Notes under the pieces: generated by a model
What the model was told of the DNA's origin: nothing
The model's input: only the letters and a program-made list of their open reading frames with translations
The model's database searches: none
Part shown: one piece after another, positions 20,130 through 29,742 of the stretch
How the letters are laid out: every line of letters begins with the position of its first letter
Position numbering within the stretch: the stretch's first letter is position 1
Origin: Candidatus Nitrospinota bacterium M3_3B_026
GTDB taxonomy: Bacteria; Nitrospinota_A; UBA7883; JBPRGF01
Direction of reading: 5' to 3'
NCBI GenBank assembly: GCA_051418015.1
Contig: JBPRGF010000017.1
Location: 96,001-160,000, forward strand
DNA length: 64,000 nt
Translations under genes and position numbers: made by a program

Positions 20130-21196
20130 CTTGCGGCGGCCCTGTACGCGTCTAGGGTCATCCTGGCGGTCTTCTCCCACGAGAACTGTTTGACCCTCTC
20201 GTACCCTTTCCGGACAAGCTCGTCCCGGAACGCCGAGTCGCCGCGGACTCTGCCAAGCAGCTCCGCCATCGTCTCGATATCATCAGGCGGGGTCAGCGCC
20301 GCCGCGTCCCCCACCACCTCCGGGATCGATGTCCTGTCAGAAGCCACAACAGGCGCGCCGCAGGCCATCGCCTCCAGCGGGGGGAGGCCGAACCCCTCGT
20401 AAAACGAAGGAAAAAAGAGCGCCGCCGCGCCGGAGTAGAGCGCGCGCATCGTCTCCTTGTCCACGTTGTCGAAAAACCGCGCCCGGCGGCCGAATCCCGC
20501 GAACTCTTTTTTCCTCTCCTCCGGCATTCTCCCGACTATGACGAAAACCGTGTCATCACCCATCCTCTCCATCACCGGTCTGACGGCGGCGAGGTTTTTG
20601 TGCGGCCTGTCGGAGCCAACGTAGAGGAAGTATCCCGGCGCGAGGCCGAGCCGGTCCAGGACGCCTCCGAGGACTCCGCCGTCCATCCTCGAAAAATCCC
20701 CGCCGCCGTTCGGTATCACCCTTATCTTGCCCTCCGGGACGCCAAGTAGAGCGACGAGGTCTTTTTTTGTATGCTCCGAGACCGCTATGACCACCCTGGC
20801 CCGCCGGGCGGCGTTTGTGATCATCAGCCTGGCGTAGACTCTCGCGATAGGGTTAAAGCCGGGCGCGGCCACGTGTATGAGGTCGTGAACGGTCACCACC
20901 GACGGCGTCCGCATGAAAAACGGCAACACGTAATGCGGGGCGTGAAAAAGGTCCAGCCCGGCCCTTTTCGCGCTCCTGGCCAAGGTGATGTGCTCCTCGA
21001 CGGAGTATTTGCCAGCACGCTCCACGACCTTTGTCACCCTCCCCTCCGGGTATTCGCGGCGACCAATCCCCTCCGGGGTAAAAAACAGGACATACTCGTT
21101 TTCCTCGTCCACCTTCAACAGCGACTCGACGAGGTTCTCTATGTACCGTCCTATCCCGGTGTCGTCTATTTTGCGGACGTCTATTCCTATTCTCAT
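20126..21196 (-). CDS. Glycosyltransferase family 4
   Basis: MRIGIDVR..TGIGRY, VVTVHDL, PSFYEGFGLPPLEAMACG. Confidence 0.92.
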   Translation of the reverse strand: MRIGIDVRKIDDTGIGRYIENLVESLLKVDEENEYVLFFTPEGIGRREYPEGRVTKVVERAGKYSVEEHITLARSAKRAGLDLFHAPHYVLPFFMRTPSVVTVHDLIHVAAPGFNPIARVYARLMITNAARRARVVIAVSEHTKKDLVALLGVPEGKIRVIPNGGGDFSRMDGGVLGGVLDRLGLAPGYFLYVGSDRPHKNLAAVRPVMERMGDDTVFVIVGRMPEERKKEFAGFGRRARFFDNVDKETMRALYSGAAALFFPSFYEGFGLPPLEAMACGAPVVASDRTSIPEVVGDAAALTPPDDIETMAELLGRVRGDSAFRDELVRKGYERVKQFSWEKTARMTLDAYRAAAR

Positions 21197-21395
21197 ACAA
21201 AAGCCGCGGCCCGCCCCGCGGCGGCCGCCCGTTCATGGAAAAAAAGCGGATTACATCCCAGCTTACAACATAAAAAAACCCGCGAGGCTTTTGGATATTA
21301 TAATTATATTGAAGGATAAGCGCGGGTCGCTTGAAACGGCGGCTGATTTCGACGGTCTGCGGCGTCCTCTTGAGGCAACGGTTTCGAGCGAAAAC

Positions 21396-22043
21396 ATGAG
21401 AAGCCATAAAAAATCATGGCCGGAGACTTGGTACGCCTACCACGACCGGCTTGAGAAACTAAAAAAAAGGGCGAAAAAAAAGCTCCCCTCCCAGTCCAGG
21501 GTGGAGAGGAGCTGGGTCTACAAGATATTCGGAAGAGCCCTTCTCAGAAAGGAGTTCTGGAGCTTCAAGGTGGAGCCGCTTGCGCGGGGGCTGGCGCTGG
21601 GCCTTTTCGTGGCCTTCACGCCCACCGTGGGTTTCCAGATGCTGGTGGCCTGTTTGCTGATCCTTTTCTTCCCGGGCAACCTCCCCGTCGCCCTCGCGGC
21701 CTGCTGGGTGACCAACCCCTTCACCGCCGGGCCGATATATTACATGGAATACAAGGTGGGGGGATGGATCATGGCTTTTCTCAACGACCCGTCTCCGGCG
21801 GGGCTGGAGCATGTTTCCGGGACCGTCGACGTTTACGGCGTCGCGGGGGCCATGTGGATAGGATCGGTCATAATCGGGGGCGCCAGCGCCGCCGCGGGCT
21901 ATACGCTGACCCACGGATTCGTCACGCTGGAACGAAAGATCCGGTACAGCAAGGTTCTGCATTTCCGCCGGAAACGATCCGGGAAAAAATCGCCTCGGCG
22001 AAGGACCCGCGCGACGGAGGAATTGAAGAACGACCGCGAATGA
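21396..22043 (+). CDS. DUF2062-family membrane protein
   Basis: LARGLALGLFVAFTP..Q, WVTNPFT..PIY, several TM helices. Confidence 0.75.
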   Translation: MRSHKKSWPETWYAYHDRLEKLKKRAKKKLPSQSRVERSWVYKIFGRALLRKEFWSFKVEPLARGLALGLFVAFTPTVGFQMLVACLLILFFPGNLPVALAACWVTNPFTAGPIYYMEYKVGGWIMAFLNDPSPAGLEHVSGTVDVYGVAGAMWIGSVIIGGASAAAGYTLTHGFVTLERKIRYSKVLHFRRKRSGKKSPRRRTRATEELKNDRE

Positions 22044-22275
22044 CCGTTCAAAACCGCAGCGCCGCCCCACCCTCCCTCCGGCGGCCATAAGCCTTTCGGC
22101 CGGCTCGATCGGCAGCTTCCTGTATCAGGCGGCCCCGCCTCCTCCGGCCATCACGATGATGAGCCCTTCAGGCTGCCTCGCAAGCCATATCAATTATTGT
22201 TGTGGACGCCGCCACGGGGCTTTAAAATTGACATTCACCGGTTAAATTACAGGACGTTCTTCAAGAGAGGAAAAT

Positions 22276-22830
22276 ATGAAGTTGCAAGACACCAGCACCC
22301 TGGATATCGTCCGCCTGTTCACCAGGGCCGTCCGCGACCTGGCGCAAAACTCCACGGGCAACCCGATCCACGTGGCCAAGACGGTTATGAGGGTTACGGG
22401 AATACAGATAAACGGCGACATAGGCGCCTTCGTCGCCTTCAGGGGCGACTACAGCGGGATCATGGTCCTGAACTTCGAGGCGCAGGCGGCGCTGGAGATA
22501 GTCTCGGAGTCGCTGCTTCGGATGGGGTTTCCAGAGGACGAGATACCCACGCACCACGGAAGCGACGAGGTCCGCAGCAACATGGGCGAGCTGGTCAACC
22601 AGGCCGTGGGGAAATGCCGGTCTCTCGTGGAGGAAAAATACGACCTCACGGCGAGAGCGAACATACCCGCCGTCGTGCCGATCACAGTGCCCATCGCCCT
22701 GACCATGGTGGCCAAGGAGCCCGCGGAGATGGAGTGTGTCCGTGTCGCGTTCACCACCAGCCGGCGCAACAAGTTTTACATGGAGCTGGCGCTGGAGCCT
22801 ATCCTGGGAGAGCCTCTCGAACAAAAGTAG
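22276..22830 (+). CDS. CheX-like (DUF3334-type) chemotaxis phosphatase-family protein
   Basis: DIGAFVAFRGDYSG..NF, GELVNQAVG (ExxN motif). Confidence 0.65.
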   Translation: MKLQDTSTLDIVRLFTRAVRDLAQNSTGNPIHVAKTVMRVTGIQINGDIGAFVAFRGDYSGIMVLNFEAQAALEIVSESLLRMGFPEDEIPTHHGSDEVRSNMGELVNQAVGKCRSLVEEKYDLTARANIPAVVPITVPIALTMVAKEPAEMECVRVAFTTSRRNKFYMELALEPILGEPLEQK

Positions 22831-23276
22831 CCAGGCGGGCGGGGAAAGCGCTCCGCCGAGGAACCGGCCCCGGATGGACCGGGGCAATCCGTGACATGTC
22901 GTCTGCGCAAGGAGCCGGGCGAGGGTCTCTCGCGATCCGCGGCTTGATTTATATGTACTATCCACAACCCGCCGCGAAGCTATAAACAAAATGAACGGGA
23001 ACGGGTCAGCTCGGCATTCTAAGCCCCAGGCTGAAAAAGTCTCGTCTTTCCGGAGAAGGCCGCGCGGGACTCTTAGCTGCGTTTGGCATGACAAGGAAAC
23101 GCAAACTGACTCACTTCCAATGGATGTTCACGCTCCCCATATTCGCGAGTTTCTCAGGATTTAAATTTGCGTTACGAGGGGATTCTAAATTAAACTTTAT
23201 GGCATTATCATGAATCGGCGCATGAGCTGATTGGGTTGTTTCATTTGAATTATGTCTGAAGAAAGGTCCTGATCGC

Positions 23277-23696
23277 ATGTCAATTATCAACACGAAGGAA
23301 GTACGGAAAAAGATATCCTACTATGAGTCGAAGATCGACGCCCTGAAGCAGCTTCTTGAGATATCCAGGACCCTTGAGAGCGAAGGGCCCGTCCGCGCCG
23401 GGAAAAAGACGGCGCGGAAAAAGAAGGGGAGACCCGCGGGGCGGAAAAGGCGCGGAGCCGTGTCCAACGCCATCGTAACCATGCTCGAGAACTCCAGCAG
23501 GCCCCTCACCGCCGGAGAGATCAAGTCCGGCCTTGAAGAGCAGAAGCTGGCGAAGAAAGGATCGTCCTCCGTTTATTCAACGCTTCTGCAGATGTCCAAG
23601 CGCGGCGTTGTGAAGAAGGTGAAAACCGCCAAGGGCAACTGCTATAAACTCGCCTCCTCGAAAGCGCGGCAGGAGAAGGCCAGGGGAAATAAATAA
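23277..23696 (+). CDS. Small basic protein with probable C-terminal winged helix
   Basis: N-terminal coiled coil, K/R-rich linker, AIVTML..PLTAGEI..VYSTL..M.KRG.VKK. Confidence 0.6.
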   Translation: MSIINTKEVRKKISYYESKIDALKQLLEISRTLESEGPVRAGKKTARKKKGRPAGRKRRGAVSNAIVTMLENSSRPLTAGEIKSGLEEQKLAKKGSSSVYSTLLQMSKRGVVKKVKTAKGNCYKLASSKARQEKARGNK

Positions 23697-23896
23697 CAGT
23701 GGACCCGGGGCCTGGGACCCGGGAGACTTCAGGTTCGGTCCTGGTTGCGTTACAGTTATTCCCGGAGTCCGTTATCGCGGGCGAAGCGATCTCGCTCATG
23801 TGACACATCGGGGTTTTCGCTGGATCGCTTCGCCGCCTGCGCCCAAGCGGCGGCCGGGAAGTTTTTTCAGGCGTTGCGGTGGATGCCAGCCGGCCG

Positions 23897-25156
23897 CTAG
23901 TCGCCGGCTTTTATCTGCTCGATAGTCTGTTTCACAAGGTCCTCGGCCACGTTTAAAGTAACGTCAGCCGCCACCTTTCTGAAAGTCTCCAGCAGCTCGG
24001 GCCTCATCACGTCAAGGACAGACCGGACCGAGCTTGTCACGGCCGCTTCCAGGCTCTCGTGATTCATCCTCTCGCCGATCGCTCTTTTGACGGCTTCCTC
24101 CACCATTCCCGAGAGACGCTCCATATCCAGCGCCTCTATTTCCTCCGCCTCTCCGGCCCGCTCGGCGGCTTCCTTCTCATATATTCCCGCCGCCTCCTCT
24201 GACGGCCCGCGTTCCATATCCGCGTCCGCCTCGTCGATCTCCCGGATCAGCTTGCGCGCCTCCTCCGACAGGCCATTGTCCCTTTGCTCGTCCTGCGCCT
24301 CGCCGTCAGCACGATCCGCCTCATCAACACCTGCGGGACCATGGTCGGCCGGGAAAACAGCCTCCTCCGGCTCCTTCACAGGCGTCGTCTCCAACGCGTC
24401 GGCCAAATCGTCCTCCGGGCGCTCCCGGTCGTCAACCTCCCTGGTGTTCGCGAGACCTTCCATCCCCCCGCCATTTCCGATCACCAGGGGCTCATCTTCC
24501 TCCATCATCGGACCGCGCTCCTCATCCTCCTCCAGCACGTCCTCGGCGCCGGACACGACCTCCAGCCCGGCGTCCTCATCCTCATCCCCGTCATCAACGG
24601 CGTCCTCGGGCCTGAGGCTCAGGACCTTCGGCGGCGCGGAGGAGTCAACATCTTCATCATCGCCGGGCGCGTCGTCCCCTTCTCCCAGGATTTCATCCTC
24701 GCCCTCTATAAGCTCCACCGCCTCGAGTATGCTGTCCTCGGAGACATCCACGTCCTCGAACGTGTCCTCCTCCAGGGCGGCGGACCCCGGGTCTATCACC
24801 GCCATAACCTGGCTCACCATGTCCTCGGAGCGAAAGGGTTTTTCGAACCGGCCGGCCGCGCCCGCCTCACGCGCCTTCTCCTCGTCAAAATCATCGAGAG
24901 CGCTGGACAGAAGATAGACCGGCACATCGGCCGTCTCCTGGCGCTCCTTCAGCGCCCGGCAAAGCTCGAAGCCGTCCATGTCCGGCATGCTCACGTCGGC
25001 GATCACAACGTCGGGCTTCAGCTCCGCCGCTCTCTCAAGCGCCTCGCGGCCGCTGCCGGACAGGATGACGTCTATGTCCTCCTTCTCGAAGGCCAATTCG
25101 AAGACTTTCTGGATGGTGGCGCTGTCGTCGGCTATCAGAACACGGGCTTTCGCCAT
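23897..25156 (-). CDS. Response regulator with long acidic linker (RomR-like architecture)
   Basis: REC domain (ADDS, DVSMPDMDG, KPF), ~200-aa D/E-rich linker, C-terminal helix VAEDLVKQTIEQIK. Confidence 0.75.
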   Translation of the reverse strand: MAKARVLIADDSATIQKVFELAFEKEDIDVILSGSGREALERAAELKPDVVIADVSMPDMDGFELCRALKERQETADVPVYLLSSALDDFDEEKAREAGAAGRFEKPFRSEDMVSQVMAVIDPGSAALEEDTFEDVDVSEDSILEAVELIEGEDEILGEGDDAPGDDEDVDSSAPPKVLSLRPEDAVDDGDEDEDAGLEVVSGAEDVLEEDEERGPMMEEDEPLVIGNGGGMEGLANTREVDDRERPEDDLADALETTPVKEPEEAVFPADHGPAGVDEADRADGEAQDEQRDNGLSEEARKLIREIDEADADMERGPSEEAAGIYEKEAAERAGEAEEIEALDMERLSGMVEEAVKRAIGERMNHESLEAAVTSSVRSVLDVMRPELLETFRKVAADVTLNVAEDLVKQTIEQIKAGD

Positions 25157-25333
25157 GGATTAACAACGCGATCTTAAGGGTTGGTCAAGCTGGAAAGGCC
25201 CCATAATGGACGCTCAAACCATCAAACATAACAGAAACTAACACAGGTTTTCAGGCGGTGTCAAACAACTTTCGCCGTCTCGCCGTCTCCCCCGCGGTGG
25301 CTCTTTGATGTATCATAGGCCCGTCAGAACAGA

Positions 25334-25427
25334 GGAAGATGAACGCGCCCGGTGGCGCGGCTGGACTTCAAATCCAGGTGGGGGCGTTTTCGCTCCCGAA
25401 GGGTTCGACTCCCTTCATCTTCCGCCA
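25334..25427 (+). tRNA. selC: tRNA-Sec (anticodon TCA)
   Basis: 8-bp acceptor stem GGAAGATG/CATCTTCC + G-CCA; 6-bp D stem CGCGCC/GGCGCG with 4-nt loop; anticodon arm CTGGA-CTTCAAA-TCCAG; long extra arm; T arm AAGGG-TTCGACT-CCCTT. Confidence 0.96.
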
Positions 25428-25487
25428 TTTCCCAAAGCGGCCCGCCAATAAAATCAACGGAGTCACTTCCCGCGACGGGGCCAAAAA

Positions 25488-25509
25488 CGTGCCCCCGGCG
25501 TGCCCCCGG
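25488..25509 (+). repeat. Tandem 11-bp direct repeat CGTGCCCCCGG x2, candidate integrase arm-type sites
   Basis: Exact tandem repeat 60 bp inside the element end, after an AT-rich AATAAAATCAAC tract. Confidence 0.5.
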
Positions 25510-25802
25510 GGATTTTTCGACCGGCTCCGGGTCGCGTTCTTTTTCCTGGTCCTGATACTGGAGCCCGTTCTTCGTCCGTTCTTTTCGTTTGCCTGGGAGT
25601 GTTATCTCCGGTTCGCGCCGGAATCGCCCGGCTCATCGGACTCTTCCTCCCCCCGGAGCCCCGGCGGCGGCTATCCCCCCGGCCCCGCCGGGGCATATGA
25701 ACCCGACACGCTGACCTGCCCCGACTGCGGTCGGATGTTCCCTCGCGGGATGGTCCACGAGTGCGCGTTGATCCCGCCCGCAAGGCCGCGAAAGGAGCAG
25801 CG

Positions 25803-26069
25803 ATGACGACGCTGATCGCCGTCTACGACTCGGACGGCCTCGTGGGCAGATGCGACGCCCGCTGCCATGACGCCACCACCGCTCATTGCAATTGCGTCTG
25901 CGGCGGCATGAACCACGGCGCCGGCGCGGAGCGTGCCCTGGAGAACACGAGGGAGTACGCCAAAGACATGATCGACAGATACGCCGGGGAGAAGGGTCTC
26001 GATGTTTACAAGGTCGTGATCGGCGAGGCGACGCGGCAGGAAAGTCTGTTCAACGACGAGAACGCATAA
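25803..26069 (+). CDS. Small Cys/His-rich phage-type protein
   Basis: AAGGAG SD; CDARCHDA...CNCVCGGMNHG metal-binding motif. Confidence 0.7.
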   Translation: MTTLIAVYDSDGLVGRCDARCHDATTAHCNCVCGGMNHGAGAERALENTREYAKDMIDRYAGEKGLDVYKVVIGEATRQESLFNDENA

Positions 26070-26094
26070 ACGCATAGGAATAGGAGGAGAAACG

Positions 26095-26394
26095 ATGGCT
26101 GACGGTAAGACCGCGAAAGAGATCATCGAGGATCACCTGACCGCCAACGGCTACGGCGGTCTGTACCTGATGAAGAGCAGCTACCTCGGGCTCAAGAGGC
26201 TCCGGCGCGGCCATGAAGAGATGATGTGCGAGTGTCTGCTGGAGGACCTGGCGCCCTGCGGCGGCGACTGGGACGTCTGCAAACCTGGCTACAGGGTCCC
26301 GTGCGACTGCGCCCCCGAGAGAGAGTGCGAGTTCGAGTATCACATCAGCCCGAAGCGGCCGGTGAAGAAGACCGCCGGGAGAGATAACCGATGA
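26095..26394 (+). CDS. Small Cys-rich hypothetical protein
   Basis: AGGAGG SD; GYGGLY..CEC..DLAPC..CKPGY; stop overlaps the next start. Confidence 0.65.
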   Translation: MADGKTAKEIIEDHLTANGYGGLYLMKSSYLGLKRLRRGHEEMMCECLLEDLAPCGGDWDVCKPGYRVPCDCAPERECEFEYHISPKRPVKKTAGRDNR

Positions 26395-28109
26395 AAGGCA
26401 TCCGCTCGCTCGGCAAATCCGGTTCGGGGCCTGTGTTCATCGACACGCCCCGGCTGATAGAGACCCGGATGCTGATACAGGCCAACTCCGGGGCGGGCAA
26501 GTCCTGGGCCATCCGGCGGTTGCTGGAGCAGACCTACGGCCAGACTCAACACATCGTTATCGACCCTGAAGGCGAGTACGCCACCCTGCGGGAACAGTTC
26601 GACTACGTGATCTGCGCCCCTTCCGGCGGCGACGCCCTGGCGAGCCCCAAGACCGCGTCATTGCTCGCCCGCCGGATACTGGAGCTTCGCGTGTCGGCCG
26701 TCATCGACATCTACGAGATGAAGGCTCATGAGCGGCAACGGTTCGTGAAGTTGTTTCTTGAATCCCTCATGAACGCCCCCAGGACGCTATGGGGACCCGT
26801 CCTCGTGGTCATTGACGAGGCGCACGTCTACTGCCCGGAGAAGGGGAAGGCGGAGAGCGCCGGAGCCGTGATCGACCTCGCCACGCGCGGGCGCAAACGC
26901 GGTTTCTGCGCCGCTCTCGCCACGCAGAGACTGTCCAAACTCCACAAGGACGCCGCAGCCGAGATGCTGAATAAGCTGATCGGCCGGACAGGGCTCGACG
27001 TGGACGTGAAACGCGCCGCGGACGAGCTTGGGCTGACGAAAGAGAGAGCCCGCGAACTGAGGAACCTCAAACCCGGCGAGTTCTACGCTTACGGCCCCGC
27101 CCTGTCGCTCAACGAGCTGGCTCCGCTGACGATCGGCCCGGTCAAGACCACTCACCCGAAGGTCGGCCATCGCGGAGACGCGGCGCCTCCCGCGCCGTCG
27201 GCGAAAGTCAAAAAACTTCTCGCCGAGCTCAAGGACCTGCCGAAGGAGGCGGAGACGGAGGCGCGGACCGTAACGGAGTTGAGGGCGGAGAACATGAAAC
27301 TCCGCCGCGCTTTGACCGTGGCGGAGAAACGGGTTGAGCGCGGAGGCGTTCCCGAACGGGAGGTCGAGAGGCGGATAAGGGAGGCTGTCGCGACCGTGAA
27401 GAAAGAAGCGGTGTCTGGTGAAACCAGAGCCGCCGATTCGCGCTGCTCAAAGGCCCTTCAACGCATAATCGTCACGGCGCAAAAAGCCCTCGAGGCGCAG
27501 GCGCCACGACATGACCAGGCCACTGCGCCCTCTAACGGCCCCCCCACAAGAGAGAGCAGAACGAGCAACACGCCCCCTGCTCCCGCTTCCCTGTCCGCGT
27601 GCCCCGCACAGGCAGGAGTGGACGGGCTTCGATCCGGCGCCGTAAGGATACTCCAGGAGCTTGCGGCGCGGCGTCCGGCTGGATATTCACGCTCCCAGGT
27701 AGCCACCCTGACGGGTTTCAGCCCCAAGGGGGGCACGTTCAACACCTATCTCGGCGACCTGCGGCGCGGAGGCTTCATCCGTGACGAGGGCAAACGTGGC
27801 CTGGTGTACGTGACCGACGAAGGTGTCCTGGCGCTTGGAAAATCCATCAAGGATACCCCCAAGACCCACGAGGAAGTGATGGATTTGTGGCGGAGGGCTC
27901 TGAGAAAAGGCGCCTACCGGATGCTCGAAGAGGTGGTGGCCGCCGGTCCGGCCGGACTATCCCGCGAAGAGATAGCGGTCCGGGTGGACATGACCATGAC
28001 CGGCGGGACATTTAACACCTATTTGGGCGACCTGCGGCGCAACGGGCTTGTCAAGGATCGCGACGGCTCGGTCACGGCAACCGGGATTCTTTTCCCGGAG
28101 GCAGTATGA
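26391..28109 (+). CDS. HerA/FtsK-like P-loop ATPase (DUF87-type) with two C-terminal winged-helix-like repeats
   Basis: QANSGAGKS, IDPEGEY, VVIDEAH, GRKRG, TQR; duplicated GGTFNTYLGDLRR. Confidence 0.8.
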   Translation: MKGIRSLGKSGSGPVFIDTPRLIETRMLIQANSGAGKSWAIRRLLEQTYGQTQHIVIDPEGEYATLREQFDYVICAPSGGDALASPKTASLLARRILELRVSAVIDIYEMKAHERQRFVKLFLESLMNAPRTLWGPVLVVIDEAHVYCPEKGKAESAGAVIDLATRGRKRGFCAALATQRLSKLHKDAAAEMLNKLIGRTGLDVDVKRAADELGLTKERARELRNLKPGEFYAYGPALSLNELAPLTIGPVKTTHPKVGHRGDAAPPAPSAKVKKLLAELKDLPKEAETEARTVTELRAENMKLRRALTVAEKRVERGGVPEREVERRIREAVATVKKEAVSGETRAADSRCSKALQRIIVTAQKALEAQAPRHDQATAPSNGPPTRESRTSNTPPAPASLSACPAQAGVDGLRSGAVRILQELAARRPAGYSRSQVATLTGFSPKGGTFNTYLGDLRRGGFIRDEGKRGLVYVTDEGVLALGKSIKDTPKTHEEVMDLWRRALRKGAYRMLEEVVAAGPAGLSREEIAVRVDMTMTGGTFNTYLGDLRRNGLVKDRDGSVTATGILFPEAV

Positions 28110-28393
28110 AAACCACCGTCGTCAACGTCAAACACGGCCCTTGCGATGTGTACATAGGCCGTCCGCATCCCAGGTATCCAGGTGGAAGTATCTGGGGAAA
28201 CCCCTACAAGACTCCGCCGTTCTCGCGGCCGGAGTCCATCCGCAAGTACCGCAGGCACATAAAGCGGAAGCTGAAAGAGAACCCCGAGCTGCGGGAAGAG
28301 CTGGAAAAGCTGCGCGGCAAACGGCTCGGCTGCTGGTGTAAACCGTACCCCTGCCACGGAGACGTCCTGGTCGAGCTTCTGGAAGGTTCCTGA
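28106..28393 (+). CDS. DUF4326-family protein
   Basis: DVYIGR..WGNPY..LRGKRLGCWCKP.PCHGDVL. Confidence 0.85.
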   Translation: MKTTVVNVKHGPCDVYIGRPHPRYPGGSIWGNPYKTPPFSRPESIRKYRRHIKRKLKENPELREELEKLRGKRLGCWCKPYPCHGDVLVELLEGS

Positions 28394-28394
28394 A

Positions 28395-28598
28395 ATGCAT
28401 GAGTACGAAAGCACGCGGCGTGTCTGCTATGGCTCGGAGGACAAAGACCCCGGTCTGGCGGTGTTCGTTCCGGTCTGTCCGCGTTGCGGCCGGTACGTGA
28501 AAGCCGACGCGGAGATATTCATCTGGAAGCCGGAGGAGCCGAACGCTACGTGCAAGAAGTGCGGCCGGGTATCGATGTATTTCGAGGGTTATTTCTGA
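28395..28598 (+). CDS. Small zinc-ribbon protein
   Basis: CPRCG ... CKKCG. Confidence 0.6.
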   Translation: MHEYESTRRVCYGSEDKDPGLAVFVPVCPRCGRYVKADAEIFIWKPEEPNATCKKCGRVSMYFEGYF

Positions 28599-28612
28599 AA
28601 GGAGGAAACACG

Positions 28613-29092
28613 GTGAGAAACGATGACCGGGAGACAAAGGTTAAAGACCAGACGGGCGAGCCCGCCAACGGCTCTTCGCCGCGGGCGGGGATGTCGCTTG
28701 CGGCGGGCTCGCCGGAGCTTGACGAACACTCGTATCTGCTGGCGCTGCTCGCGGTTCAGCTGGACGTCCTGGCCGTTGAGGCCCCGGAGGCCGCGGCGGA
28801 GTTCCTGTCGGCGCGCCTGGGCCGAGAAGTGGAGCCAGAGGAGATGGAGGACATGGACGGGCTGTTCTACGAGCTGGTCCTCTCCAGCCATGAATCCCCC
28901 TATTCGCTTCGTTCGTGGCTGCGGCGGACGCTGATGGAGAACGCGCTGGAGGACCACGCGCTGGGGAGGACGCCCCTGATGCGGCGGGCTCGCGGCTACC
29001 TCGGCCTGGAGCCGCGTGTCAAACGGACCGTCGCGCCGCGATCCCTGGCGCGATCCCTGGAGGAGAGGCGGGCCGGAAAGGAGGAGCGATGA
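28613..29092 (+). CDS. Hypothetical protein
   Basis: AAAGGAGG SD before GTG; stop overlaps the next ATG. Confidence 0.55.
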   Translation: MRNDDRETKVKDQTGEPANGSSPRAGMSLAAGSPELDEHSYLLALLAVQLDVLAVEAPEAAAEFLSARLGREVEPEEMEDMDGLFYELVLSSHESPYSLRSWLRRTLMENALEDHALGRTPLMRRARGYLGLEPRVKRTVAPRSLARSLEERRAGKEER

Positions 29093-29289
29093 AGAAAAGG
29101 AAAAGGAAGGGCGAAGACATGATCCTGCTGGCCTTTTCGCCGACGGATCGCGAGCTTCTCGAGCTCTGGCTTGCGCTGGGTCCCCACAGGAACGCGCGGA
29201 GGGTTCCCTGCCGGGCCGTGGACCTGCGCGGTTACGACGTTCAGATTCTTCCGGGGATGGGACTCACGCTGGTATCGAGCCGTAATTAG
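29089..29289 (+). CDS. Small hypothetical protein
   Basis: AAGGAGG SD, ATGA overlap. Confidence 0.5.
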   Translation: MKKRKRKGEDMILLAFSPTDRELLELWLALGPHRNARRVPCRAVDLRGYDVQILPGMGLTLVSSRN

Positions 29290-29300
29290 GGGAGGAAGCG

Positions 29301-29489
29301 ATGGGAAACGGCAAGGAAGCGGAATGCATAGGCTGCGGCTGTTCGGACGGCCGCGCCTGCGTGGACGATTACGGCGTCCCCTGCCACTGGATCCGGCTGG
29401 ACAGGGACGCCGGGACGGGAGTCTGCTCCCACTGCGAGGAGATGGCGGAGACATGGGACAGGGAGACAAAAGTTCGAAAGGCCGGCTGA
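29301..29489 (+). CDS. Small zinc-finger phage-type protein
   Basis: GGAGG SD; CIGCGCSDGRAC..PCHW..GVCSHC. Confidence 0.7.
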   Translation: MGNGKEAECIGCGCSDGRACVDDYGVPCHWIRLDRDAGTGVCSHCEEMAETWDRETKVRKAG

Positions 29490-29719
29490 CGGCGCTGGAG
29501 GCGCTGTCGGCCCTGGACGGTCTGCGCCGGGGCCGGCGCGTGACGCTGGTGGCGGTGACGCGCTACCACGGCGTCGTCGCCGAGCCGGTGGTTTACGAAG
29601 GGCGGAGCGGCCCGGTGGCGCGGTTTCTGATGGACGGGGACACGTACCTCGACGTTCCGGTCGAGGACATCGGGTCGCTGGTCCCCAAACCGGCCGGCGG
29701 AGGCGGACGCCGCGGCTGA
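29453..29719 (+). CDS. Hypothetical protein
   Basis: GC3-rich coding frame filling the gap before the primase; start uncertain. Confidence 0.4.
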   Translation: MGQGDKSSKGRLTALEALSALDGLRRGRRVTLVAVTRYHGVVAEPVVYEGRSGPVARFLMDGDTYLDVPVEDIGSLVPKPAGGGGRRG

Positions 29720-29742
29720 CCAACGATCAAACGATCACGGGG

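Noticed and set aside
25339..25806. 155-aa ORF overlapping the tRNA
   Set aside because: It starts inside selC. Only the 3' end (CPDC..HEC) might be a real small Zn-finger gene, and I cannot place a start.
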